Source: an uncultured Acidobacteriota bacterium (GTDB lineage: Bacteria > Acidobacteriota > Thermoanaerobaculia > Multivoradales > UBA5704). From it: a stretch of 64,000 bases of DNA. The stretch lies in NCBI GenBank assembly GCA_963770895.1, contig CAVYRF010000002.1:640001-704000 (forward strand), read 5' to 3'. Positions 27,448 through 37,366 of this stretch are shown here, one piece after another. Below the pieces are notes generated by a model. It was not told the DNA's origin. It saw nothing but the letters and a program-made list of their open reading frames with translations, and searched no databases. How positions within the stretch are numbered: the first letter of the stretch is position 1; each line of letters begins with the position of its first letter. Made by a program: the position numbers and the translations under genes.

Positions 27448-29427
27448 TCAGTCGAGGACGCGGGTGATGACGCCGTAGCCGGAGGTGCCCAGGTAGATCC
27501 GGTCGCCGATCACCAGGGCGGAGCCGACGTCGCGGGCGGGCACCGGCACCGGCAGCGGCCGGAACGAGTGGGTGTCGCGGTCGTACAGGCGCAGCGAATC
27601 GCCGCTCTGCAACAGGGCGCCATAGCGGCTGTCGCCGGTGGGAATGACGTGCGAAGCGCCGGCCGTCAGCTGCACCCACTCGCCCTCGGGCGAGGGGCGC
27701 GCCCAGGCGCCGCTGGCGCCGGCCAGCAGCAGGTCGTCGCCCAGGCGCAGCAGGCGGCCCGGCGCCGGCGCCGGCACCGTGTGGTTGGCGTCGGCGGTCA
27801 GGCGATAGACGCCCTGCGCGTCGCTCACCCACAGGGCGCCGCCGTAGAGGGCGGCGGACAGCGGTGGGCCGTGCTTGTAGGGGCGGCGCTCGAAGACGCC
27901 CTTGGCCGAAAGCTCGTAGAGCGCGTCCGGCGTGCGGGCGATGGGCGGCGAGCCGGCTTCGGCCAGGAGCTGCTCGACGCGCGCCGTGCCCAGCTCGGGC
28001 AGGCGGTGCCAGTCGGCGCCGCGGCGCTCGTACAGGCCGTGCTCGGTGGCGGCATAGACGCGGCCGCCGTAGGCGGTCAGGCCCAGCACGGTCGGCAGCG
28101 GCGAAAAGTCGTTGGTGAACGACTTGCCGCCGTCGCGCGAGGCATACACCCCGGACACCGGGCCGGCGTCGTTGATCGCCACCAGCAGCTCGCCGCCGGC
28201 GGCGGCCAGGGCGCCCACCCGCGTCGCGGTGATGCCGCGGCTGGCGCGGAAAAAGTCGCCGCCGCCGTCGGTCGACATCCACATCCCCGCGCCCTCGGTG
28301 CCCACCAGGATGCGCTGCGGGCGGGCCGGGTCCACGGCGAGCGCGCTGACCGAGAGCGCCGGATCGCTGATCCGGTGCCAGCTCTTGCCGGCGTCGGCCG
28401 AAGCGAAGACCCCCGACACGGTGCCGGCGAGCAGCGGCCCGGTGGCCGGCGCCGCGAAGCTCAGGGTGCGACGCTCGTCGAGGCCATCCTTGAAACGCAC
28501 CCAATGGTCGCCGCGGTCCAGCGTCTGGTAGACCCAGCCGCAGGACGAAGCCCAGATCTCGCCGGGATGCTCGGGGATCGGCGTGAAGCTGAACACTTCG
28601 GTGTCCAGGACCATGCCGTCGAAGACGCCGCTCCAGGTGGCGCCGCCGTCGGTGCTGCGGTAGGCCTGGCGCCAGGTGCCGGCGATGATCGTGTCGGGCC
28701 GGGTCGGATCGACCACCAGGCTGGTGACCTTCTGCACGTCGGGCAGGTCGGCCGTCAACCGCCGCCAGCTGCCGCCGCCGTCGTCGCTGCCCCAAACCCC
28801 GGACAGGGTGCCGGCGAACAGGCGCCCTTCGCGTCCCGGCACCAGCGCCAGCGAATAGACCGCCTCAGCGGGCAGGCCGGCCGACCGCCCCACCCAGCTC
28901 TTGCCGAGATCGTCCGAATACGCCACCTGGCCGCCGCCCCAGACGCCCCACAGCGCCACCCACAGGCGACCCGTGCGGTTGGGGTCCCAGCGCAGGCTGC
29001 TCACCACCCAGCCGGGGAACGGCAGCGGCGCGCCGGCGTCGGTCCACGAAGCGCCGCCGTTGTGCGACACGTAGAGCTGCCCGGTGGTGGTGCCGGCCAG
29101 CACGACGTCCGGCTGGCCGGGAGCGACGACCAGGCTGCGGATGTCGCCGCCCCAGATGGGCAGCGTCCACCAGGTTACCGCCGCGGCGGCGGGAGACGGC
29201 GACGCGGGCGGAGCGACGTCGCCGGAGGAGGAGGAGGAGGACGACGACGACGACGACGAGGCGCTCGCCGGCAAGACGTCCGCCGCCGGCGGGGCGGCGG
29301 CCCAACCGGCGACGGCCGCAAGCCCCAGGATCGCCACGGTCACGATCGCGGTCACCGCGGCGGCGCGCTGCCGCCGCCAGGCGCCGTCCCGGCGCCGATC
29401 CGGCCCACTGTCCAGGCTGCTACTCAT
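27448..29427 (-). CDS. Secreted BNR/Asp-box beta-propeller protein (YCF48/VPS10-like)
   Basis: Repeated S.DGG.SW Asp-boxes; signal/TM segment then a poly-Ser linker; GGAG RBS before ATG 29427. Confidence 0.8.
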   Translation of the reverse strand: MSSSLDSGPDRRRDGAWRRQRAAAVTAIVTVAILGLAAVAGWAAAPPAADVLPASASSSSSSSSSSSSGDVAPPASPSPAAAAVTWWTLPIWGGDIRSLVVAPGQPDVVLAGTTTGQLYVSHNGGASWTDAGAPLPFPGWVVSSLRWDPNRTGRLWVALWGVWGGGQVAYSDDLGKSWVGRSAGLPAEAVYSLALVPGREGRLFAGTLSGVWGSDDGGGSWRRLTADLPDVQKVTSLVVDPTRPDTIIAGTWRQAYRSTDGGATWSGVFDGMVLDTEVFSFTPIPEHPGEIWASSCGWVYQTLDRGDHWVRFKDGLDERRTLSFAAPATGPLLAGTVSGVFASADAGKSWHRISDPALSVSALAVDPARPQRILVGTEGAGMWMSTDGGGDFFRASRGITATRVGALAAAGGELLVAINDAGPVSGVYASRDGGKSFTNDFSPLPTVLGLTAYGGRVYAATEHGLYERRGADWHRLPELGTARVEQLLAEAGSPPIARTPDALYELSAKGVFERRPYKHGPPLSAALYGGALWVSDAQGVYRLTADANHTVPAPAPGRLLRLGDDLLLAGASGAWARPSPEGEWVQLTAGASHVIPTGDSRYGALLQSGDSLRLYDRDTHSFRPLPVPVPARDVGSALVIGDRIYLGTSGYGVITRVLD

Positions 29428-29454
29428 ACCGTGCTCCATTGGCCGCCACCGGCA

Positions 29455-29512
29455 TTCCCATCGCCATCCATCGCCATCCATCGCTGTCTTGCGCCACCGA
29501 TCGCCATCGCAA
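29455..29512. repeat. Short imperfect tandem repeat (catcgccatc)n
   Basis: ccatcgccatccatcgccatccatcgc...gatcgccatcgc in an intergenic region. Confidence 0.5.
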
Positions 29513-29602
29513 CCCTGGCGAACAGGCAAAACCCGCGCCACGGCGCATTTGGACATCACCGGACCGCAGAATAACATCGCCGCGCGGCCCCCGGTCCGGC
29601 CG

Positions 29603-30967
29603 TCAGCCGCCCCCGAGGCCAAGCCAACCCTTGACCCGAAACCACCGGTTGCGCAGCTTCCAGAAGCGGCTCGCCTCCATCATGGCGATGCGTGCGGCAA
29701 GCGCGTCCGCCTGCTGCGTCTTGCGCGCCGATTCGTCTTCGGCGCGGTGCAGCCGGCCCAGGACCCAGGTCAGCTCGTTGCGGCTGGCGCCGTGCAGCGC
29801 CGCTTCCAGCGAGGAGGCAACCATCGGATGGACGTTGCCGAGATCGTCCACCAGGCGCAGCCGCAGCACCGAAGCCGACCGCGACAATCCCGGCGGCAGC
29901 TCCAGGCTGCCCTGCCAGCCCAGCCGCAGCTGGCGCTCGTCGCCCAGCATCTGCGCCACCTCCGGCCGATCGCGGTCGACCGCGATGCGCGTCGCGGGCT
30001 GCCCGTCGAGCAGCGCCTCGACCGCCACGACGCCGCCGCCGCCGGGCAGCGCCGCCCAGCCGGAGATCTCCAGCCGGTCGGAGCTGACCACCGAGCACCG
30101 TTCGACAAAGAAGCGCGGCTCGCCGCGGTAGGCGAGGCGCGAAAAGTCGGCGTCCGCTTCGGCGACCGCGACATACAGGTCCTGAAAGCTGCACAGACCG
30201 CGCGGCAGCCGGTGCAGCGACCCCGCCGCGCCGCTGCCGGCGAGCGCCCGCGCCAGCGCGTCGCGCACGAACCGCTCGCTGACCCAGGTGGAGCCGTAGT
30301 CGTGGGTGGCCAGCGTGCCGCTTTCGCTGAGCTCCTGGAACAGCAACCCGGACGCCGGCAGCGCGGTGCCCGGCGGCAGCAGGCTCTGGTCGTGGACGCT
30401 GAACGCCAGCACGCCGCCCGGCGCGAGCAGCGCCATCAGCACCCGCAGCCAGGCCACGAAGCGCTCTTCGGGCAGGTGGGTGAACAGCGAGGTCACCAGG
30501 ATGGCGTCGAAGCCGGCAGCGGGGCCGGCCGCCGCCGCAACTTCCGGAAAGTCCTGCGGCAGCACGGTCGAAACGATGCCGTGCACGCCCAGGCAGCGTT
30601 CCTGAAACCGCACGCCGCCGGCGTAGATGTCCGAAACCCAGATCCGGTCGGCCGGCAGCAGCAGGCGCAGGAAGCGGGTGACGCGGCCGTAGCCGCTGGC
30701 GAAGTCGAGCAGCGTCCCCACCCGCGCCGCGTCGCCGTGGCGCCAGCGCAGGATCTGCGCCATCGACGCCGCGATGCTGGCGCCGGACTGAAAGTAGCTG
30801 TAGAGCGCGCGCTCGCGGTCGCCGCCGTTGGTGGCGACCAGGAAGCCGAGCATCTCGTCGTCGGGGTCGATGCCCAGGAAGACGTCGCCAGGCGCCATCC
30901 CCCGGTCGTGCAGCAGCGCGCGCACCAGGGGGCTTTCCGGTTCGGAGTTGAGGACCGGCGGCGCCAT
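29603..30967 (-). CDS. Class I SAM-dependent methyltransferase with C-terminal beta-domain and coiled coil
   Basis: IDPDDEM, LLDFASGYGRVTR, FDAILVTSLFTHLP and LAPGGVL; C-terminal MEASRFWKLR. Confidence 0.8.
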   Translation of the reverse strand: MAPPVLNSEPESPLVRALLHDRGMAPGDVFLGIDPDDEMLGFLVATNGGDRERALYSYFQSGASIAASMAQILRWRHGDAARVGTLLDFASGYGRVTRFLRLLLPADRIWVSDIYAGGVRFQERCLGVHGIVSTVLPQDFPEVAAAAGPAAGFDAILVTSLFTHLPEERFVAWLRVLMALLAPGGVLAFSVHDQSLLPPGTALPASGLLFQELSESGTLATHDYGSTWVSERFVRDALARALAGSGAAGSLHRLPRGLCSFQDLYVAVAEADADFSRLAYRGEPRFFVERCSVVSSDRLEISGWAALPGGGGVVAVEALLDGQPATRIAVDRDRPEVAQMLGDERQLRLGWQGSLELPPGLSRSASVLRLRLVDDLGNVHPMVASSLEAALHGASRNELTWVLGRLHRAEDESARKTQQADALAARIAMMEASRFWKLRNRWFRVKGWLGLGGG

Positions 30968-31084
30968 GACAGCCCGCAAGTGTAGCAGGTCGATGCCGTT
31001 TGGCCGCCGCCCGCGCGGCGCCTGGGGCCACGGCCCACCCGGCAGCCGCCGGGCGCGCGGGCCGCCGTGACATAATCGTGCCCC

Positions 31085-31540
31085 TTGCGCCCCCCCCCGC
31101 CGCTGCTCGTCCGGTTGGTTGTAAGTCTCGCCCTGATCTGGGCGGCTGTCGCCCTGGCGCGCGAGGCCGGCGCCGCCGTCGCCGGCTGGGACGACCGCCG
31201 GCTGACCGCCTTGCCGTGCAACTGGCGCTTCGGCATGGCGCCCGTCGAGCGCCTGGAGCGCGGCCTGGCCGAGGTGCGCGACTGGCTGCCGCGCGACGGC
31301 GTCGTGCTGTTCGCCTCGCCGCCCGGCAGCTGCGGCGCCCAGTTCTACCGCTGGCGCTGGGCGGCCTACCTGATGCCGAACCTGCAGGTGCAAACGCCGG
31401 ATGGGTTCGCCGACCGCCGGCAGACCGCCTACGAGCTGGCCTGGGACATCCGCCCCGCGCCGCCCCCCGGCTGCCGCCTGGACAGCCTGCGCGACCTGGA
31501 CGGCGGCAGCGGCCAGATCTACCGGATCTTCTGCCCCTGA
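31085..31540 (+). CDS. Hypothetical protein with N-terminal signal/TM
   Basis: Hydrophobic N-terminus; WAAYLMP; coupled to the next gene. Confidence 0.5.
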   Translation: MRPPPPLLVRLVVSLALIWAAVALAREAGAAVAGWDDRRLTALPCNWRFGMAPVERLERGLAEVRDWLPRDGVVLFASPPGSCGAQFYRWRWAAYLMPNLQVQTPDGFADRRQTAYELAWDIRPAPPPGCRLDSLRDLDGGSGQIYRIFCP

Positions 31541-32910
31541 GCGCCGCCGCCCTGCTGCCGCTCGTGGCGACCGCCGGCGTGGCTGCGGCGCTGGCGCTGC
31601 TCGGCGCCCGCTGGGCGAGCGCCATAGCTGGCGACGGCGACGGTGCGCTCCAGCGGCTGGTGCTCGCGTCGATGGCCGGCTGGCTCACCCTGCACCTGCT
31701 GCTGACCGCCCTGGAGCTGTGCGGCATCCGCTGGACCCTGCCGGCGATCCTTGCCGCGGCCGCCGTCCTCGCCGTGGCGGCGCGCCGGCTGCCGGCGCCA
31801 GGCATGGCGACGCGCCGCCGGCGGCTGCCGTCGGATTACGGCTGGGGTGACGGGCTGGCCCTGGCGGCGCTGCTCGTCTACACCGCGTGCGCGCTGTCGC
31901 TGTGGATCACCATCCCTGACTTCGTGTATCACTGGGGGATCAAGGGCGAGCGGTACTTCCTGGCCGGCGGCGTCGACTACGCCTTCCTGGCAAGCCCCGC
32001 CAATTGGGTGCTGCACCCGGACTACCCCAACCTGCTGCCCGAGCTGTTCGCGGTCAGCGCCCTGGTCGCCCGGCGCTGGAGCGAGCCGGCCATGATGCTG
32101 TGGTCTCCCATCTGCCTGGCCCTGCTGCTGGCCGCGGCGCGCGAGGCGCTGCGGCGCGCCGGGGCGAGCCGCTTCATGGGCCAGGCGGCGCTGGCGACGC
32201 TGGCGATGGCGCTGGCCGCCTATGGCATCGGCGCACCCTCCGCCGGCGGCGCCGACTGGCTGATCGTCCTGGCCCTGGGCGCCGCCCTGCCACCGCTGCT
32301 CGCACCGCCCGACACGCGCGGCGCGGCGCAGGTCGGCCTCATCGCCGCCGTCGCCGCCGCCGCCAAGATCGAGGGGGTGGCGCTCGCCGGCGCCCTCCTG
32401 GGGGTGTACGCGGTTCGTCTGCTGGCCGCCGCCGCCCGGGCGCCCGGCTCGGCGCCGCCCAGGGCAGCCGCGCTGCGCACCGCCCTGGCGCTCGGCCTGC
32501 CATCCGCCGCGGTCGTGCTGCCCTGGCTGGCGCTGGTGCGCCACTACCACCTGTTCCTGCCGTTCAACGCCGGACCGCTGGTGCCGGCGCGGCTGCCGCA
32601 GGTGCTGGCGCAGTTGGGCGAAACGCTGCCGGCGCCGCCGTGGCACGGCTTCGCCTATGCGCTGGCGCTGGTGCCGCTGCTCGGCCTGGACCGCCGCCTG
32701 CGCGCCGTCGCCGCGGTGGTGTGCCTGCAGGCGCTGTTCTACCTGTACGTCTTCCTGTCGGTGCGCATCGACCCGCTGATCCTCATCCAGGCGAGCCTGT
32801 CGCGTCTGGTCATGCACCTGCTGCCGGCGGTGCTGGTGGGCATCGCCATCGCCCTGGAGCGCGGCCAGCCGCCGCCGGCGCTGCCGTGCGGGAGCCCGGC
32901 GGACAGCTGA
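31537..32910 (+). CDS. Polytopic membrane protein, GT-C-like glycosyltransferase
   Basis: DFVYHWGIKG, HPDYPNLLP and KIEG motifs with many TMs. Start uncertain (CTG 31537 overlapping the upstream stop, or GTG 31564). Confidence 0.6.
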   Translation: MSAAALLPLVATAGVAAALALLGARWASAIAGDGDGALQRLVLASMAGWLTLHLLLTALELCGIRWTLPAILAAAAVLAVAARRLPAPGMATRRRRLPSDYGWGDGLALAALLVYTACALSLWITIPDFVYHWGIKGERYFLAGGVDYAFLASPANWVLHPDYPNLLPELFAVSALVARRWSEPAMMLWSPICLALLLAAAREALRRAGASRFMGQAALATLAMALAAYGIGAPSAGGADWLIVLALGAALPPLLAPPDTRGAAQVGLIAAVAAAAKIEGVALAGALLGVYAVRLLAAAARAPGSAPPRAAALRTALALGLPSAAVVLPWLALVRHYHLFLPFNAGPLVPARLPQVLAQLGETLPAPPWHGFAYALALVPLLGLDRRLRAVAAVVCLQALFYLYVFLSVRIDPLILIQASLSRLVMHLLPAVLVGIAIALERGQPPPALPCGSPADS

Positions 32911-32965
32911 ACGGGACGCCCGGCCGCCGGCTGCTGACCGGGGAGGAAGTCAGGAGCTCAGAAGC

Positions 32966-33367
32966 TCAGGAGTCGCCGGAAGCTGCCGTCTTGGCGGCGG
33001 CAGCCGACCCCGTCTTGGCGGAGGATTTGGCTTCACCCCCGTCGGAGGCAGACCCGGAGCTGCCGGAGCCACCGGAGTCGCTCGCTTTCTTGTCGCCCTT
33101 GTCGCCGCCACCGCTGGTGGAGGCCGAGACGGACTCCCCCGATCCCCCCGACGATTCCGCGGCATCGCTCTTGGACGAGCCACTGCCCTTTTTGGCGTAG
33201 TCGGTGACGTACCAGCCGCTCCCCTTGAACTGGAAAGCGGGCGAAGAGACCAGCTTTTTGACCTGGCCGCCGCACGCGGGACAGGCCGCGGGAGGCGGAT
33301 CTTCGAAACGCTGCAGCACCTCTGTCCTGGTACCGCATTGGGTGCACTGATACTCGTAAAGCGGCAT
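32966..33367 (-). CDS. FmdB family zinc-ribbon protein
   Basis: MPLYEYQCTQCG..CPACGG..FQFKGSGWYVTDY plus a Ser/Gly tail. Confidence 0.9.
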   Translation of the reverse strand: MPLYEYQCTQCGTRTEVLQRFEDPPPAACPACGGQVKKLVSSPAFQFKGSGWYVTDYAKKGSGSSKSDAAESSGGSGESVSASTSGGGDKGDKKASDSGGSGSSGSASDGGEAKSSAKTGSAAAAKTAASGDS

Positions 33368-33426
33368 CTCCATCCTTCCTGATTGCTTTGACGGGCCGCG
33401 GGGTGTTGCGACAGGCCGCCAGCTAG

Positions 33427-34284
33427 CTAGCCGTACTTGTCGCCCTGCGTCTTGAAGCGGATCTTGATCGCGCCCGTCTCTTCCCGCCCCGCCATCCGCG
33501 GCGTGGCCTGGGCCTGTTCGCTGCCCACGCGGCGAATCAGCTGCAGGACCTGAAAAGCGTACAGCAGCTTGCCGTTTTCGGCCGCGCCATGCGGCCCCTG
33601 GGTGCAGATCTCGAACAGCGTCCGGCGCCCGTCCACCATCTGGAGGAGGCTGAACTCGTCGGCGTCCATCGCGATCTCGATCAGCTCCTCAGCCTGATAA
33701 CAAGCTTCGAGGACCGTCTCTTTCCGCCCCAGGCGCGCCACCAGCGCCTTGGCGTTGGGGGCCCGCTTGATCCCCTGCAGGATCACCTGCCGCATCGACA
33801 GCTGGATCCGCACCGATTCCGACTCGCGGAAGTCGCCGATGCTGAAGCTGACGCTGCCCTCCTGCCAGTAGAACAGGCTCCAGACGATCGCCTCGATCTG
33901 CTTGCGGATGGCGCGATAGATCTCCCCGGGCGACAGCAGGCGGTGCTCCATCAGCAGCACGCCATACCGTTTCTGCGTGCGCTCGCGCTCGCGCATGGTG
34001 GCGTCGAACGCCTCGCGCGACAGCAGCCCCGCAACCTCCAGGTAGCGCCCCAGGCTGTCCTCGCGGTCGTTCGAGGACGCATGCACCACGTTGCCTTCTT
34101 TGATGAAGACCCGCTTGATGACCCCGCCGCGCTGCGCCTCGATCACCCCGGGGACCTGGAAGCGGTCCACCGTATGCAGGATCTCGGGCAGCGCCGTCTG
34201 TGACAGGTCACCGCGGTACTGGAAGCTGTTCTCGACCGTGGTCAAGGCACAAGCCCTCTCTTCTGACAGGCGGCTGGCAATCAT
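33427..34284 (-). CDS. DUF4388 domain protein
   Basis: GDLSQTALPEIL..G.I..GNVVHA.S..LG..L..LFYWQEGSVSF; start uncertain. Confidence 0.8.
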   Translation of the reverse strand: MIASRLSEERACALTTVENSFQYRGDLSQTALPEILHTVDRFQVPGVIEAQRGGVIKRVFIKEGNVVHASSNDREDSLGRYLEVAGLLSREAFDATMRERERTQKRYGVLLMEHRLLSPGEIYRAIRKQIEAIVWSLFYWQEGSVSFSIGDFRESESVRIQLSMRQVILQGIKRAPNAKALVARLGRKETVLEACYQAEELIEIAMDADEFSLLQMVDGRRTLFEICTQGPHGAAENGKLLYAFQVLQLIRRVGSEQAQATPRMAGREETGAIKIRFKTQGDKYG

Positions 34285-34542
34285 ACCACCGCCTGACCGT
34301 CGGCGCAGGGGAGCCGCCGCAAGCCGTCCGCGCGGGACGCAACGCTTCAGCTCCTGCGGGACGCACGGCCACCTCCGGCCGAGACTATGGAATGCCGCCG
34401 GCTGCCGTCGACCTGCCGCCGCCTGACGCCAAGTTTTCGCCGATTCTCACGCAGAGCCGGCGCGGGTTGGTAGTCTACCGTGAAGCACGACGGCAAGCGC
34501 GCAGATACCATCCAACAGCATCACACGGAAGGGACAACCGCC

Positions 34543-35943
34543 ATGCAGGAGCGCCAAAGGGCAGGGGCAGTCGAAACCCATGGAGCCGAGCAGGTGTACG
34601 ACGTCCTGGGCGTGGGTTTCGGGCCGGCCAACCTGGCGCTGCTGCTGTGCCTGCACGAGCAGCCCGCGATGCCGGACGGCCGGCAGCTGCGCAGCCTGTT
34701 CCTCGAGCGCAAGCCGGACTACGACTGGCATCCCGACATGCTCATCGACGGCGCCTCGATCCAGGTGTCGTTCCTCAAGGACCTGGTGACGCTGCGCAAT
34801 CCGTGCAGCCACTTCAGCTTCCTGAACTACCTGCGGCTGCACGGCCGGCTGCTGGACTTCGTGAACCTGCGGACGTTCTTCCCCACCCGGGTCGAATACA
34901 ACGACTATTTCCGCTGGGTGGCGGCGCAGGTGCGGGACAGCGTGCACTACGACCGCGAAGTCATGGCGGTGCAGGCCGTCCCGGCGGGGCGGCAGGGAGC
35001 GCCACGGCCGGCCGACTCGCCGGCGGTCGAGCTGTTGCGCGTGGTGGCGCGGCATGGCGGCAGCGGCCTGCCGCAGGAGTACCTGACGCGCAACCTGGTG
35101 GTCGCGACCGGCGGCGTTCCCTACATCCCGGCGGGCATCGACCTCGACGCCGCGCCGCACGTCTTTCACTCGCAGAGCTTCCTGCGCAACGTGCGGCAGC
35201 ACTTTCCCCGCGCCGACGCGCCGTACCGCTTCGTCGTGGTCGGATCGGGCCAGAGCGCGGCCGAGATCTTCCAATACCTGTTCACCCAGTTTCCCCGCGC
35301 CCAGGTCACCGCGGCGATCCGCCGCTTCGCCTACAAGCCGGCCGACGAAAGCGAGTTCGTCAACGAGATCTTCTCGCCGGTCATGACCGACGTGGTCTAC
35401 GGCCTGCCACCCGAGGAGCGCCGCTCGCTGCGCGACATGCATGCCGACACCAACTATTCGGCGGTGGATCTGGAGCTGATCCGCAGCATCTACCGCTCCA
35501 TCTACGACCGCAAGCGCGACGGCGACACCCGCGTGCAGGTGCGGGCGATGATGGAGCTCGAGCACGTCGAGCAGCACGATGCGACGGTCACCGCCCGCTT
35601 CTGGAACAAGGTGGAGCGCAGGTGCGAGCACCTGGAGGCGGATGGCCTGGTGCTCGCCACCGGCTTCCAGCACTCCTGTCTGCCGCCGGTGCTCAAGGAG
35701 CTCGAGCCCTATCTGGTCACCATCCCCGGCGGCGGCGAATACCAGGTCGGACGCGACTATCGTGTGCAGAGCGTGCCGGGCTTTGCGCCGGCCGTCTACC
35801 TGCAAGGCTACTGCGAAAGCACCCACGGCCTCAGCGACACCCTGCTTTCGGTGCTTCCCATCCGCAGCCGCGAGATCCTGGAATCCATCCTCGCCGGCAC
35901 CGGCGGCCTGTGCAGCGTCACCCCGACCCCGGTCGTGATCTGA
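34543..35943 (+). CDS. L-lysine/L-ornithine N-monooxygenase (IucD/PvdA/SidA family)
   Basis: GVGFGPANL, WHPDML, QVSFLKDLVTLRNP.S.FSFLNYL, VVGSGQSAAE, TNYSAVD, LATGF and THGLSDTLLS. Confidence 0.92.
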   Translation: MQERQRAGAVETHGAEQVYDVLGVGFGPANLALLLCLHEQPAMPDGRQLRSLFLERKPDYDWHPDMLIDGASIQVSFLKDLVTLRNPCSHFSFLNYLRLHGRLLDFVNLRTFFPTRVEYNDYFRWVAAQVRDSVHYDREVMAVQAVPAGRQGAPRPADSPAVELLRVVARHGGSGLPQEYLTRNLVVATGGVPYIPAGIDLDAAPHVFHSQSFLRNVRQHFPRADAPYRFVVVGSGQSAAEIFQYLFTQFPRAQVTAAIRRFAYKPADESEFVNEIFSPVMTDVVYGLPPEERRSLRDMHADTNYSAVDLELIRSIYRSIYDRKRDGDTRVQVRAMMELEHVEQHDATVTARFWNKVERRCEHLEADGLVLATGFQHSCLPPVLKELEPYLVTIPGGGEYQVGRDYRVQSVPGFAPAVYLQGYCESTHGLSDTLLSVLPIRSREILESILAGTGGLCSVTPTPVVI

Positions 35944-35950
35944 TAGGCGG

Positions 35951-37159
35951 GTGATCTCGCCCGACGAAGCCTGGCGGCGCATCGCCGCCACCCTGACTCC
36001 CCTGTCCCCTGAGCGTGTCGCGCGCCGCGCCGCGGGCGGCCGCGTCCTGGTCGCACCGCTCCTCGCAACCCTCGACGTTCCAGCGGCGGACGTCTCGGCG
36101 ATGGACGGCTACGCCGTGGCCGGCGAAATCCTCCCCGGCGAAACCCGGCCCGTCGCCATGACGCTCTTTGCCGGCACTCCCCCCGGCAGCACCCTGCCCC
36201 CCGGACAGGCCGCGCGCATCATGACCGGCGCCCCGGTGCCTGACGGTGCCGACCGCGTCGTGCCCGTCGAAGCCACCCAACAGCCCGCCGCGGGCGCTGC
36301 GTCCATCGTGCTGCTCGCCACCGCCGACGCCGGCCAGCACATCCGCCGCCGCGGCGAAGTGCAGCGCGCCGGCAGCGTGATGCTGCCCGCCGGCACCCTG
36401 CTGACCCCCGGCGCGCTCTCCCTTGCCGCCACCCACGGCTACGCCGAGCTGCCGGTGCACCGCCAGCCGACGGTCGCGGTGCTCGCCACCGGCGACGAAG
36501 TGGTGCCGCCCGACCGCACGCCGCAACCCGGGCAGCTGCGCGACTCGCATACCGACTTCCTGCTCGCCGCCGGCGCCACCCTGGGCCTGGCCTTCACGCC
36601 GCTGGGCATCGCCCCGGATCGCGCCGGTCCGCTCACCGACCTGTTACGAGCCGGCCTGGCCTCCGACGTCCTGCTGGTCTGCGGCGGCGTCTCCATGGGC
36701 GAGCTGGACCTGGTGGAAGGCACCCTGGAGAGCCTGGGCTGCCAGCGCCACGTCGACGCCGTGGCCATCCAACCCGGCAAACCCATGGTCTTCGCCACCC
36801 ACCCAGGCGGCCTGGTGTTCGGCCTCCCCGGCAACCCCGCCTCGGTGCAGGTCGCCTTCTGGCTCTTCGTCCGCCCCGCCCTGGCCCGCCTCGCCGGCCG
36901 CGACGCCGACTGGTGGCCGGCCCTGCCCGCCACCCTCGCCGCCACCCTCCCCGGCGCCACCTCCCGAGACCGCTTCGTCGCCGCCACCGTAACCTGGGGT
37001 GCCCAGGGCGGCCCCCTGGCCCACCCCCTCCCGCCCAAAGGCTCCCACGACCTGGCCGCCTACGCCGCCGGCACCGCCCTGCTGCGCGTCCGCGCCGGCG
37101 CCCCCCCCGCCCCGGCGGGAGCCCCCTGCGAGCTCCTCCTCCTCCCGCCCCCGTTCTAA
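35951..37159 (+). CDS. moeA: Molybdopterin molybdotransferase
   Basis: SAMDGYA, RIMTGAPVPDGAD.VVP.E, TGDEV, GGVSMG.LD, QPGKP and FGLPGNP.S. Confidence 0.92.
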   Translation: MISPDEAWRRIAATLTPLSPERVARRAAGGRVLVAPLLATLDVPAADVSAMDGYAVAGEILPGETRPVAMTLFAGTPPGSTLPPGQAARIMTGAPVPDGADRVVPVEATQQPAAGAASIVLLATADAGQHIRRRGEVQRAGSVMLPAGTLLTPGALSLAATHGYAELPVHRQPTVAVLATGDEVVPPDRTPQPGQLRDSHTDFLLAAGATLGLAFTPLGIAPDRAGPLTDLLRAGLASDVLLVCGGVSMGELDLVEGTLESLGCQRHVDAVAIQPGKPMVFATHPGGLVFGLPGNPASVQVAFWLFVRPALARLAGRDADWWPALPATLAATLPGATSRDRFVAATVTWGAQGGPLAHPLPPKGSHDLAAYAAGTALLRVRAGAPPAPAGAPCELLLLPPPF

Positions 37160-37199
37160 ACCCACCTTCCCCACGGCATCCCATCCAGGCACACCGCCG

Positions 37200-37253
37200 C
37201 CCTGCCTGGGAGGCTAGTGCGCCGCACTAGCGCCGGTGGGAAAGCAGGCAGGG
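37200..37253. other. Intergenic nested inverted repeat (hairpin)
   Basis: Outer arms ccctgcctg/caggcaggg; inner arms gctagtgcg/cgcactagc. Confidence 0.6.
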
Positions 37254-37366
37254 ATGGACTATGATTCCGGCAAGTTCTTCGCTGGCTGTAACGCGTGTAG
37301 GCAACCGGGTTTCGCGATTGCGCGGTCGGGCACAGGCTCTTGGCCCGCCGCGGACAGGAGGACTCC

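Noticed and set aside
29224-29258. (GAG)n(GAC)n trinucleotide run as a contingency locus
   Set aside because: It encodes an in-frame poly-Ser linker on the minus strand; length change would not switch expression.
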